From Candidatus Brocadiia bacterium (GTDB lineage: Bacteria; Planctomycetota; PUPC01), in contig JAUWIN010000001.1 of assembly GCA_030605345.1 (NCBI GenBank), positions 5,253-69,252 on the forward strand: DNA of 64,000 bases. The letters are read 5' to 3'. Shown in pieces: positions 29,132-38,078 of this stretch. A program made the position numbers and the translations under genes. The notes beneath the pieces were generated by a model. That model saw nothing but the letters and a program-made list of their open reading frames with translations. It did not search any database and had not been told where the DNA came from. How positions within the stretch are numbered: position 1 is the first letter of the stretch; the number at the start of each line of letters is the position of its first letter.

Positions 29132-29192
29132 GGGCGAGGGTTTCGCCGGCCCCGAAGACGCACCGGGGCGTATTTTGGCCGGAGGGCAACCG

Positions 29193-29654
29193 ATGGACAT
29201 CGAAGAGATACGCGGGTTGCTGGACGAACTGGCTGCCTTCATGGAGAAGAACAATCTCGCCGAACTTGAACTGGACGTTGACGGGGCCGAGGTGAAACTC
29301 AAAAAAACCAACAACCGGCCGCAGCAGCAAGCAGTGGCGCAAGCCCCAACGCCGGCGGGACCCGCGCCGGGCAACACGGGAAGCCCCGAGCAACCCGCGC
29401 AGAAACAGGGCACTGAGACAATTACGTCGCCGATGGTGGGCACGTTCTATCGCGCCCCGAAGCCAGACACCGACCCATTCGTCGAGCCCGACGACGAGGT
29501 GGACGAGGACACGGTTCTGTGCATTATCGAGGCGATGAAGGTGATGAACGAAATCAAGGCGGAACACAAGGGACGAGTGGCAGAGATCCTGGCGGAGAAC
29601 GGCGAGCCGATAGAATACGGCCAGCCGCTTTTCCGGATCGTCGTTTCGGACTGA
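29193..29654 (+). CDS. accB: acetyl-CoA carboxylase biotin carboxyl carrier protein
   Basis: CIIEAMKVMNEIKAE is the biotinyl-lysine AMKM motif; a Pro/Ala-rich linker is present. Confidence 0.85.
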   Translation: MDIEEIRGLLDELAAFMEKNNLAELELDVDGAEVKLKKTNNRPQQQAVAQAPTPAGPAPGNTGSPEQPAQKQGTETITSPMVGTFYRAPKPDTDPFVEPDDEVDEDTVLCIIEAMKVMNEIKAEHKGRVAEILAENGEPIEYGQPLFRIVVSD

Positions 29655-29732
29655 CATTATTTCAAAGCAAGGTTGCGAACTGTGGCGTTGGCTGCTTGAA
29701 TCCACGGGGACTTTGGTTCTGAAAGGTGAGCC

Positions 29733-31160
29733 GTGTTCTCCCGAATCCTGCTCTGCGCCCGCGGCGAAATAGCCCTCCGGATAATACGCGCCTGTCGGGA
29801 ACTGGGCATAGCGACCGTGGCGGCGTATTCGGAGGCGGACAAGGATGCGGTGTACCTCAACTTTGCCGACGAGACAATCTGCATCGGCCCCGGCCCCAGC
29901 GACCAGAGTTACCTCAACATCCCTGCCATCATCTCCGCCGCCGAAGTCTCCGACGTCGAAGCCATCCACCCAGGCTATGGCTTCCTCTCCGAGGTCAGCC
30001 GGTTCGCCGAGGTCTGCCGCAGCTGTAATGTCGAGTTCATCGGGCCGTCCGTAACCGCGATGAGCCAGATGGGCGACAAGGTCAAGGCTCGCGAAATCGC
30101 CGCAAGTACCGGTGCATCCATTGTCCCCGGCAGCAAGGGCGCGGTGGAGACCGGAGAACAGGCGGTCGAAGTAGCCCACGAAGTGAACTACCCGGTCCTG
30201 GTCAAGGCCGGGCTGGGTGGTGGCGGCCGGGGAATGCGCGTGGCCCACAACGATATGAGCCTGCTCAATTGCTTCGCCGTGGCTCAGTCTGAGGCCGAGG
30301 CCGCATTCGGCAGCAACGCAGTTTACATCGAGAAATACATTACAGGCGCCCGCCACGTGGAAATCCAGCTGCTCGGCGACCACCACGGCAATGTCATCCA
30401 CCTTGGCGATCGCGACTGCAGCCTCCAGCGGCGGCACCAGAAACTGATTGAAGAGGCCCCATGCCCCGTCCTCGATGACACGGTCAGGGAAAAGCTGGGC
30501 CAATCCGCCATCGCCATCGCCAAACACATCAATTACTACGGCGCCGGTACCGTCGAATTCCTTGTGGACGAGGAGGGTAACTATTACTTCATCGAGATGA
30601 ACTGCCGCATCCAGGTGGAGCATCCCGTAACCGAGATGGTGACGGGGGTGGACATTCTGCGTGAGCAGCTCAGGATCGCCTCCGGCGAGCGGCTGAGCCT
30701 GCGGCAGGATGACATCAACATGCAGGGAGTCGCCATCGAATGCCGCATCAACGCGGAAGACCCGGTGACCTTCCGGCCAGCCCCGGGCACCATAACCAAG
30801 TACTACCCGCCCGGCGGCCCCGGCGTCAGGGTGGATTCCCACGCCTACGCCGGGTTCACCATATCACCGATCTACGATTCGCTGGTGGGCAAGCTGATCG
30901 TGCACCGGAGAAATCGCCGCGAGGCTATCGCCTGCATGCAGCGGGCACTCCAGGAGTACATCATCGACGGCATCAAGACGACTATCCCCCTATACATTGA
31001 AATCTTCGACCACAGCGCATTCCTGTCCGGACGAATCGACACCAAGTTCGTCGAGAACGTCTTGGACAACGGCGGGTTCTCTAACGCCAAGACCGGCTCA
31101 GGCGGGACGGAAACGGGTCGAACACAGCAGGCGACAACTCCCCAGAAAGGAGGAAAGTAG
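29733..31160 (+). CDS. accC: acetyl-CoA carboxylase biotin carboxylase subunit
   Basis: ATP-grasp motifs YPVLVKAGLGGGGRGMRV, EMNCRIQVEHPVTE; 475 aa. Confidence 0.9.
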   Translation: MFSRILLCARGEIALRIIRACRELGIATVAAYSEADKDAVYLNFADETICIGPGPSDQSYLNIPAIISAAEVSDVEAIHPGYGFLSEVSRFAEVCRSCNVEFIGPSVTAMSQMGDKVKAREIAASTGASIVPGSKGAVETGEQAVEVAHEVNYPVLVKAGLGGGGRGMRVAHNDMSLLNCFAVAQSEAEAAFGSNAVYIEKYITGARHVEIQLLGDHHGNVIHLGDRDCSLQRRHQKLIEEAPCPVLDDTVREKLGQSAIAIAKHINYYGAGTVEFLVDEEGNYYFIEMNCRIQVEHPVTEMVTGVDILREQLRIASGERLSLRQDDINMQGVAIECRINAEDPVTFRPAPGTITKYYPPGGPGVRVDSHAYAGFTISPIYDSLVGKLIVHRRNRREAIACMQRALQEYIIDGIKTTIPLYIEIFDHSAFLSGRIDTKFVENVLDNGGFSNAKTGSGGTETGRTQQATTPQKGGK

Positions 31161-31161
31161 G

Positions 31162-31770
31162 ATGGCGAATTCCTTGAAGAAAAGCCGTTACCTTGGATAC
31201 CTCTTGCTGATGGCAGCGGGGGTTCTGCTTTGCGTCATATCCTTTCGCCACCTCGCAACGCGGCCTGCTGTCTGGTTGTTGGACGTGGTCTCCATCATCT
31301 TCGGCGCCGGACTGTTCGGCTGGCAATTGCTCAGGCTCATCAGGACGTTCAGGCGCGACGTGAGAAGATTTGTCAGGATCAAGAGCGAGACCGGAAGCGT
31401 CCGCGTGCACGCAGGGGCCGTGGAGCAGGCACTCCGTCACACCGCCAAGTCCCTGCCCGAAGTGCACGACGTCCGGGTGAGACTGGTGCTCGACAAGCAG
31501 AGCGGCCTACCTTCAGCCGGCGAGGTTGACGCCCGGATAAAGGACATCACAAATATCGTCTCGGTGCACGACGCACTGTCCAAGGTGCTTGCCGAGAGGT
31601 ACCAGCAAATCATCCCTGGCGCCCCCACCATCGACTTTCACCTGACAATCAAGCATCACTTCAAGCCCCCCCGCGAGCACAGAGCCCACCACAAGAAGAA
31701 AAAGTCGGTACCGCCCGAGGAAGACGAGACCAAGTCGATAAGAGCACCTCAATATCCAGTGCCGAAATAA
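31162..31770 (+). CDS. membrane protein with an Asp23/Gls24 (AmaP-like) domain
   Basis: Two N-terminal hydrophobic helices, then a ~100-aa region resembling alkaline-shock-protein-23 family spacing, then a Lys-rich tail. Weak call. Confidence 0.4.
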   Translation: MANSLKKSRYLGYLLLMAAGVLLCVISFRHLATRPAVWLLDVVSIIFGAGLFGWQLLRLIRTFRRDVRRFVRIKSETGSVRVHAGAVEQALRHTAKSLPEVHDVRVRLVLDKQSGLPSAGEVDARIKDITNIVSVHDALSKVLAERYQQIIPGAPTIDFHLTIKHHFKPPREHRAHHKKKKSVPPEEDETKSIRAPQYPVPK

Positions 31771-31832
31771 ACCCGGAATCGCAGCCCACCGGACTGCTCC
31801 CGGCGCCTCCTTTCAGGTAGCTCAGCCTTGCG

Positions 31833-33293
31833 TTACTTCTCGGTGCTGTCCCCGAACACCTGCGCCGAATAGATATACACCTGCGTCTCGTCGTCCTTCC
31901 ATGCGTCAGGGGCTATCCCAATCTTGCGTCGGCAGAGATGCGAGATAAACGTCCGCCTGTCCCAGCCCTGCTCCGTGGCAACCTGCGGCAGGTAGGTCCC
32001 GGTCCGCCTGCCGCGACGGATGTACAGGCCGTGAATGCCGGGGACGAAGTTGAGGGGGTCTTTGACGCGCACCATCGGCGACAGCACCGAAATCTGAATG
32101 CCTATCTCCGGCTCCTCCTCCGACGTTATTGGGTCGCCGACGAAGCGCCGATCGTGCGCCGCCGCAACCGCCATCTCGCCTGCCAGTTTCCAGAGCGGTT
32201 GGTGTGGCACGAACCGCCCGATGCAGCCGCGCAGCCGCCCCTTGTTCTTGTAGGTCACAAACACCCCCCGCTCGACCTGGAGGTCTTTGTTCTGGATGTC
32301 GAACTCCGGCGGCGGCTCGCCGTTCAGCACCGCCCGCAGCGTCTGGCGCGCCACCTCCAGCAGTCTCTTCCGGCCCGCGGCGCCCACCTCGCCGGGCCCG
32401 ATGCTGAATACGCACGCGGCGTAACTTACCGAGTGGCTGTAGTCATTGTTCAGGTCGCCCGACATGTAATACTCGAGCAATTTGCCACGGCAGTCGGGGG
32501 TCAGCATCTCGAGCATCACCGAGATGGGAACCCGCCCGCAAATTGTCGCCCCCGTCTCCGACACATACTTCCGAAAACCGGACGGGTCCACCTTCAGTAT
32601 GTGTTCCACCGCTCCCTTGTCGAGCTTCTCGATATTGGCGCGGAGATTTTTCTGGAACGGCGTAAAACCGAACCTCCGGCCGTAGTGCGTGAAGTCCGAA
32701 CTCGCCACCACCAGGGTGTGCGCGTCGACGTGCCGCCGCAGAATTTTTCCGAGTTCCGAGTGCTCCTTCTCCTTCAGCGACCCTAACACAATTGGCACCA
32801 AACTGAATTTCTTCAGCGCTACCTGGAGGAACGGCAGTTGGAGCTCGAGCGAATGTTCTTCGCTGTGCGCACCCGGAACCGTCCTGACCAGCGGTGACTT
32901 GAGCACCGCGTCGCACACGGCCCGGTCGAGCGGAATCCTGCCCAGCGGTGTCTGGTAGAAATCGACCTTTGGAATAGACCCGCCGTGGAACCGGAGGTGG
33001 TGAGAAGGCCCCATCAGGATGACGCGGCGGATGTCACAGCCGCGAAGTTGGGCGTATGCTGCGCCGGCACAACGCCCGGAAAATCGGTAGCCCGCGTGCG
33101 GCGAAATCAGCGCCACCGGCGGCCCGCCGAGCTCCGCCTTCGGCGCCTTGGCAAAATATCCCTCAATCTGCTTCCGGAGAACCTTCGCCTCAGCCGGATA
33201 CCACGTTCCCGCCATGGCCGCGGGGCGGACCCTTGCCTCACCTGCCTCCGCAACAACAGTTAGCGTCAACAGAAAAATAGGCCAAATCTTCAT
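31833..33293 (-). CDS. fusion protein: MEMO1-like (AmmeMemoRadiSam system protein B) N-terminal domain + AMMECR1 C-terminal domain, with a predicted signal peptide
   Basis: The N-terminus MKIWPIFLLTLTVVAEAGEA (GGAGGG RBS 8 nt upstream) is followed by the Memo motif MAGTWYP...LISPHAGY...HSLELQLPFL. The C-terminal part (GCIGRF...) is AMMECR1-like. Confidence 0.7.
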   Translation of the reverse strand: MKIWPIFLLTLTVVAEAGEARVRPAAMAGTWYPAEAKVLRKQIEGYFAKAPKAELGGPPVALISPHAGYRFSGRCAGAAYAQLRGCDIRRVILMGPSHHLRFHGGSIPKVDFYQTPLGRIPLDRAVCDAVLKSPLVRTVPGAHSEEHSLELQLPFLQVALKKFSLVPIVLGSLKEKEHSELGKILRRHVDAHTLVVASSDFTHYGRRFGFTPFQKNLRANIEKLDKGAVEHILKVDPSGFRKYVSETGATICGRVPISVMLEMLTPDCRGKLLEYYMSGDLNNDYSHSVSYAACVFSIGPGEVGAAGRKRLLEVARQTLRAVLNGEPPPEFDIQNKDLQVERGVFVTYKNKGRLRGCIGRFVPHQPLWKLAGEMAVAAAHDRRFVGDPITSEEEPEIGIQISVLSPMVRVKDPLNFVPGIHGLYIRRGRRTGTYLPQVATEQGWDRRTFISHLCRRKIGIAPDAWKDDETQVYIYSAQVFGDSTEK

Positions 33294-33468
33294 AACCTTC
33301 CCTCCTGAAGCCATTGTCATTACATGATTTTAGCGCTCGGCAGGGCGCAATCAAACTCAATTGCGCCGCCGGCGATTTGCGAGAGCCATTGACAACGCGG
33401 CCACAGGAGCAAAGAATAAGATAGAGGTCGTAGCTGGCGGTGTGTCCCAATCTGCGGAGATATTTCAA

Positions 33469-33882
33469 ATGGTTGCCTCCCCCAGAAAACGAAAAGCTCT
33501 CTATGGCGTTGCTGTCGGCTTCCTTCTTTCTGCCGGCATAGCCGCATGGTGGCTCCTGGGGCGAAACCCCGAGAGAGTCCATAGGGTATATGTTGCTCCT
33601 GACAATTCGTTCCAGGTGGTTGTTAGTGTTACGAAGCAGCATTGGCCCTACGGAGTCCAGGGCAACTACTACCTGACGGACATCACGCTGACACGCTGGC
33701 GCAAGGTCGACGACTACTTTGTGGACTTTCTGGACGACCCCGAGATGATCCTGCGATGGGATGAACACCGCCGAGGGTTTGTGTACATTGGTAAGATATC
33801 GGGGCCGGTCCTCATCAACTGCGAAACCTTTCCACTTGCACATCAGGACAAACCGTTTCCCTTTGACCTCGCGCCCCAGTAG
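33469..33882 (+). CDS. hypothetical membrane-anchored protein
   Basis: ORF with an N-terminal TM helix (ALYGVAVGFLLSAGIAAWWLL); no recognisable domain. Start ambiguous. Confidence 0.3.
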   Translation: MVASPRKRKALYGVAVGFLLSAGIAAWWLLGRNPERVHRVYVAPDNSFQVVVSVTKQHWPYGVQGNYYLTDITLTRWRKVDDYFVDFLDDPEMILRWDEHRRGFVYIGKISGPVLINCETFPLAHQDKPFPFDLAPQ

Positions 33883-34360
33883 GCGACTGGCCGCATGGAA
33901 TCGGATAAGTAACAGCACGATTGTGACGACAGCATACTAATTTTCGCAGCGTGTTGCGCGTTCGGCCGGGGGGTGGGGCCGACACAACCGCCACTATCGT
34001 TCCGGACAGTCTCAATCGGGTGATGGTTCAGCAGACCGCGACGCGCGCCCCGTTGTTTGGCCAATCGCTTTGCTTTGTCGGCCTGGCCGTTTGCAGCTTA
34101 TTGCGGCTTTTCGTCGCTACTCCCTTTCGCCGCCGGGTTTTTGTCCCCGAGGGTAATGCTCACTTGAACCGGCTCGCCGGGGACAGCGGCGCATGAGAAT
34201 CCGCAGTGCCCGGACGGCTGAAAAATCACCCAATCTCTGACGTGGTCGGGCGCTGGGGCGCCGGTGAACCTGGCGACATAAGCACTGGCCGCGCAGTGCG
34301 TTATGTGCAGGCCGAAAAAGCAGCCTGGCAACCCCAAATGTAATTTTTTGTAAAACGAGC

Positions 34361-34424
34361 AAAATGCTACAGCGGTTGTAGCAATGCTACAGCATTTGTA
34401 GCACGTATAAGGGTAGAGGCACGG
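34361..34424 (+). promoter_or_regulatory. conserved palindrome-rich ~65-nt element, copy 1, in the leader of a PEP-CTERM gene
   Basis: AAAATGCTACAGCGGTTGTAGCAATGCTACAGCATTTGTAGCACGTATAAGGGTAGAGG is ~85% identical to a reverse-complement copy at 42108-42177. Contains the 7-1-7 palindrome TGTAGCAaTGCTACA. Confidence 0.5.
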
Positions 34425-34759
34425 TGTAAGTGTGCCCTATGAGAAAGATAACGCGCGGAGCGAGAGAGCGGGATCACAGACGCGCCTTTGCCCGACACGG
34501 GTAGCGGTGCGCCAGCGACCCTAACCGGGGCGGTGCGTAAGCCGCACCCGAGGAGGTGACGCGGAGCCATGCGCGCTCCAACCAACCGTGGCAGCCAGCG
34601 GCGAGCGAAAGGAGGTGATGCGAGGCAAGCACAACCGATGCAACGCCAGCCGTGAATTTGCGGGCCGCGGGCGAATTGGCGGCCATCACCCACTGGAGAC
34701 GGCGCTCATTGTGTTTGGCGCATAAGACTAATCTGCATTTTTGTCGGAGGGACGAGAAA

Positions 34760-35491
34760 ATGAAAAGAGTGAGTTTGCTGGCGGCGCTCGTGTTACTGCT
34801 CACGATTGCCCCGGCGCAGGCGGTGTCGATCCAAATGACCGACGCCACCCCGCACTACGTCAATACCAAGGAGAACTGCTGCACGCCGGCGGAATGCGAC
34901 ATCTGCAAGATCACCGGGTTCTACAACTCGACCCCGGCGGCCGCGGGAGGAAACACAGACTTCACCAACGCGTTCAATGCCTGGGAAGACGACAACGAGG
35001 GCTGGACAATCGTTAACGCCGGGGCCTTGTCGGGAACGTTTCAGATTACCACGTTCGACGCCAAGTTCGACGGGTGCAGCGGCGGGGTGGAGTTCCAGGT
35101 CACCTATGTACCCGGCGAGGGCGACCCAGCGGTGGGCGATACGAACTGGGCACAGGCGATCGACACCAACGACCCCTTGGGCGGCAAAACCAGCCCCTAC
35201 CTGGACATCGCGTCCGGCAAGGACGAGGACCCGCCGCTCTATCCCCACTCATACCCGGACGGGTATTTCTATGACTGGCCCAAGCGAGGATGCCCGGATG
35301 ACTGCGAAGAGACCGTGAGTTGGGAAGGTCACCTGTACTTGACCGCGATCGACCGCGCCGCCGAGAAGTTGTCCCTCTACGAAGGGATCGTATGGGGCTT
35401 CGGGCTGGACTGCGTCGTGCCCGAGCCGGCGATGCTGCCCCTGCTGGGGCTGGGCGTCGCGGCCGTGCTCAACCGCCGCCGGAGGAGGTAA
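34760..35491 (+). CDS. PEP-CTERM sorting domain-containing exported protein
   Basis: Signal peptide MKRVSLLAALVLLLTIAPAQA. C-terminus VPEPAMLPLLGLGVAAVLNRRRRR is the PEP motif plus TM helix plus Arg cluster. Confidence 0.75.
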   Translation: MKRVSLLAALVLLLTIAPAQAVSIQMTDATPHYVNTKENCCTPAECDICKITGFYNSTPAAAGGNTDFTNAFNAWEDDNEGWTIVNAGALSGTFQITTFDAKFDGCSGGVEFQVTYVPGEGDPAVGDTNWAQAIDTNDPLGGKTSPYLDIASGKDEDPPLYPHSYPDGYFYDWPKRGCPDDCEETVSWEGHLYLTAIDRAAEKLSLYEGIVWGFGLDCVVPEPAMLPLLGLGVAAVLNRRRRR

Positions 35492-35748
35492 CGCGAGAGG
35501 CAGGGCGGCAGGTGCCTTCGCCGAAATCGGCGCATGTGACAGTAACTTCGGGAGCGCGTTAGCGTTTCCGCGCCGTGACGTCCTTGCCCTCAATCTCAAG
35601 CGGTTGACTTTGGCCAAGATTACGTTCGGTCGGTTACAACCTCACTGGCGCAAATTATTCGGGGAGACTGTGAATGACTTACCTCCCGAGGGGCTTGACC
35701 GCGCACTGCACACGGTGTAGGATTTAGACAGGAATCAACACCGCCACC

Positions 35749-37617
35749 GTGGAATTGTGGGCAGGACTCATGGAGCAAACGGTTTGCAGCGCCTGCGGCC
35801 GCCAAATGACACTGAAGGACCTGGAGAACAACTCGTTCTCCGAGGTGGACGGCAAGATGTACTGTCCGCAGTGCTTCTTGAAGATTGGCCATCCGAGGAA
35901 AATGCGCTGTCCGAACTGCGGGAGGGAGACGACCGCCCTGCTTCGCAACGGCGTTTATACCTGTATTTACTGTGGGGAGAAAATTGGCGGCCGGCAGGAG
36001 TCCGGTGTCATCGCTTCGGCGCGGCCGTCTGCGGGCCGAGACTCCACCGTCCGTAGGCCAGCCGCCGCTGCTCCGCGCCCTCTGCGGCCCCAAAAAGACC
36101 GCAAAGTCCAGGTGCTGGCTGTGGCATTGAGCGGCTTCGCTGCCGCCTCACTAATCCTCGCCGCCCTCCTGGTCAGAGCGCATTTCAGCCGCGACGCGGA
36201 GCCCAGCCAGCCAGCCGCACACGGGGAGGAGCAGAAACAGCCGGTCAGACCTGAACCGAAGAGCAAGGACGCCGAAGCCCTTCAGCGTGTTCAAAACTGG
36301 GTCAAGGAAAACCCCGAGAAGATCGAGCAGGGTATCAAACTATACAACCAGACAATTCAGGATATGACCGACCCTGTTTTCAAGGCGAGAACGAGGATAG
36401 CGGTGATCGCACTCCAGACAAAGCTCGAGCAGGCCGACAGGGTGAAGCAGGGAAAGCTTGAGCAACTTACCCGCGAACTCGAAGAGGCGCGGGAACAAAT
36501 CCAAAACCTTAAAACGCGCCTGGAAAAAGCGAGCCGCGCACCCGCCCCCAAGGAAGCGCAACCGCCAGCACCGCGCACAACTGAGACCGCTCCCAAGACT
36601 ACCCCTGCGGAAAAGCGCGCCCGGGAAGCAGCAGCCGCGTTTCAAGACGCCCTCGGCAAAGCCCAAAAACAGCAAGCCCTGAAGCAATACGGTCAGGCGA
36701 TGAAAACGATGCAAGCGTTCGCCGACAACTATCAGCACACCGAATACGGAGGGAAGGCGGAGGATAAGTGTAAGACCATCAGTCGCCATGCATACGGGCA
36801 ATTCGGCACCCTGAGAAAGCGTGCCGACGTGCTGGTCGAACAAGGGGATTACACCGGGGCGCGCCAGCTCTATGCGAGCGCCCTGGGCTTTGGGGTGCCC
36901 GACATCACTGGCTTGGTGGAGCAATGCCTCGCCGAAATTCGCCGGCTCGAAGAAAACCAGGTCGGCGCCACGGCCAAGGAACCGACCCCGCCAGCCGTGA
37001 AAAGGCAGATTGAGGCGCTCAGCAGTGAAGATAAATCTGAGCGAGCAGAAGCCGCACGCAGACTGGGCGACCTTGGTGACCCGGCGGCTGTGCTCCCCCT
37101 CATCGAGGCGTTGAAGGACGAGGACTCGTGGAACGTCAGGGCTTGCGCCGCGAAGAGCCTGGGGAAACTGGGCGAAATCAGCGCCGTCCCGGCTCTGATT
37201 GACGCGCTCGGAGATAAGTCGGACGGCGTAGCGTTCGACGCTCACAACGCGCTAAAGGCGATAACGGGCGAGCAGTTCTCCCGAGCCCAGAGGGCAAAGT
37301 GGCTGGCGTGGTATAAAGAGAACAAGGTCGGAGCTCAGCGACCGGCGCCGAAGCCTGTTCAACAAAAGGGGAGTAGTGCATTTACCTCAACCGTCATCGA
37401 GCGCAGATATGACCCCGACACGGTGTCCTTCGTCGTGCCAGAGGGCAAGACCCTCGCCGCCGGCACAAATGTAAAACTGCTGCGAGATGGCGACCACATC
37501 TGTAACGTCCTCATCCAGCAGGTAGCCGGCGCGCAGGCGTTCGGCGAACTGTCTGGCCTGCAGCACGGCGCGGAAGTGGCGCCCGGAGACAAGATTACCG
37601 TTCAGCCGCCAGAATAA
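35749..37617 (+). CDS. zinc-ribbon / coiled-coil / HEAT-repeat (PBS-lyase type) membrane-anchored protein
   Basis: N-terminal CSACGR...CPQC and CPNCGR...CIYCGE ribbons, a single TM helix, a long Lys/Glu/Ala-rich coiled coil, then HEAT-like repeats (RRLGDLGDPAAVLPLIEALKDEDSWNVRACAAKSLGKLG). Confidence 0.6.
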   Translation: MELWAGLMEQTVCSACGRQMTLKDLENNSFSEVDGKMYCPQCFLKIGHPRKMRCPNCGRETTALLRNGVYTCIYCGEKIGGRQESGVIASARPSAGRDSTVRRPAAAAPRPLRPQKDRKVQVLAVALSGFAAASLILAALLVRAHFSRDAEPSQPAAHGEEQKQPVRPEPKSKDAEALQRVQNWVKENPEKIEQGIKLYNQTIQDMTDPVFKARTRIAVIALQTKLEQADRVKQGKLEQLTRELEEAREQIQNLKTRLEKASRAPAPKEAQPPAPRTTETAPKTTPAEKRAREAAAAFQDALGKAQKQQALKQYGQAMKTMQAFADNYQHTEYGGKAEDKCKTISRHAYGQFGTLRKRADVLVEQGDYTGARQLYASALGFGVPDITGLVEQCLAEIRRLEENQVGATAKEPTPPAVKRQIEALSSEDKSERAEAARRLGDLGDPAAVLPLIEALKDEDSWNVRACAAKSLGKLGEISAVPALIDALGDKSDGVAFDAHNALKAITGEQFSRAQRAKWLAWYKENKVGAQRPAPKPVQQKGSSAFTSTVIERRYDPDTVSFVVPEGKTLAAGTNVKLLRDGDHICNVLIQQVAGAQAFGELSGLQHGAEVAPGDKITVQPPE

Positions 37618-37623
37618 TGTCGC

Positions 37624-37911
37624 TCACGCAAGCCTGTTGACGGCGGCTGGCGTCGTCCCTGTCACCCGGAAAACCTTGTTGCGCGAAGTTCGCCCGGACA
37701 CCAGTTCTACCGCCGAAGTGCGCACGCCGAGCGCCTTTGCCAGCGTCGCGGCTATTGCGTCGTTCGCCCGGCCACGTTCGGGGGCTTGTGCCACCGCGAC
37801 CTTGAGCGCCCCGGCGTATTCACCTCCGACTTTGTCTCTGGAGCCGCCGGCTTGAGCCCAGACAGGCACAAGCACCGAGTCGCCTTCTACCCGGCAGCGA
37901 ATCATAAGCAC
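37624..37911 (-). CDS. DUF167 (YggU-like) family protein
   Basis: 95 aa; ...VAVAQAPERGRANDAIAATLAKALGVRTSAVELVSGRTSRNKVFRV matches the UPF0235/DUF167 pattern. Confidence 0.65.
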   Translation of the reverse strand: MLMIRCRVEGDSVLVPVWAQAGGSRDKVGGEYAGALKVAVAQAPERGRANDAIAATLAKALGVRTSAVELVSGRTSRNKVFRVTGTTPAAVNRLA

Positions 37912-38078
37912 TCCGATTCGGAAGACGGTCCAGAGCTCCCAGTCCCAGTGGTGGACTTGCGCATATCTTATCCTTCCACCAGGCAGGCGTCAAACCGCTG
38001 GCAGCCGCGGTTGACAGGCCAGGCCGTGCCGGTTATTTTGATGCGGAATCGAATGTACTCACGTGTGAGGATGCGGCT

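Noticed and set aside
33200-33222. Alternative start (MAGTWYP) for the Memo-AMMECR1 fusion that would remove the signal peptide
   Set aside because: There is no SD sequence upstream of that ATG, whereas the upstream MKIWPIFLL start has GGAGGG at optimal spacing.
34352-34400. CRISPR array suspected from repeated TGTAGCA / TGCTACA units
   Set aside because: The units are inverted repeats (palindromes) of 7 nt with 1-5 nt gaps, not 25-40 nt direct repeats separated by unique spacers, and no cas genes are present.
34400-34440. Possible sigma-54 (-24 GG / -12 GC) promoter next to the conserved PEP-CTERM leader element (AGGCACGGTGTAAGTGTGCC, and the homologous block in copy 2)
   Set aside because: The GG...GC spacing is ~14 nt in both copies, not the ~10 nt required for RpoN promoters, and there is no TTGCA-like -12 box.
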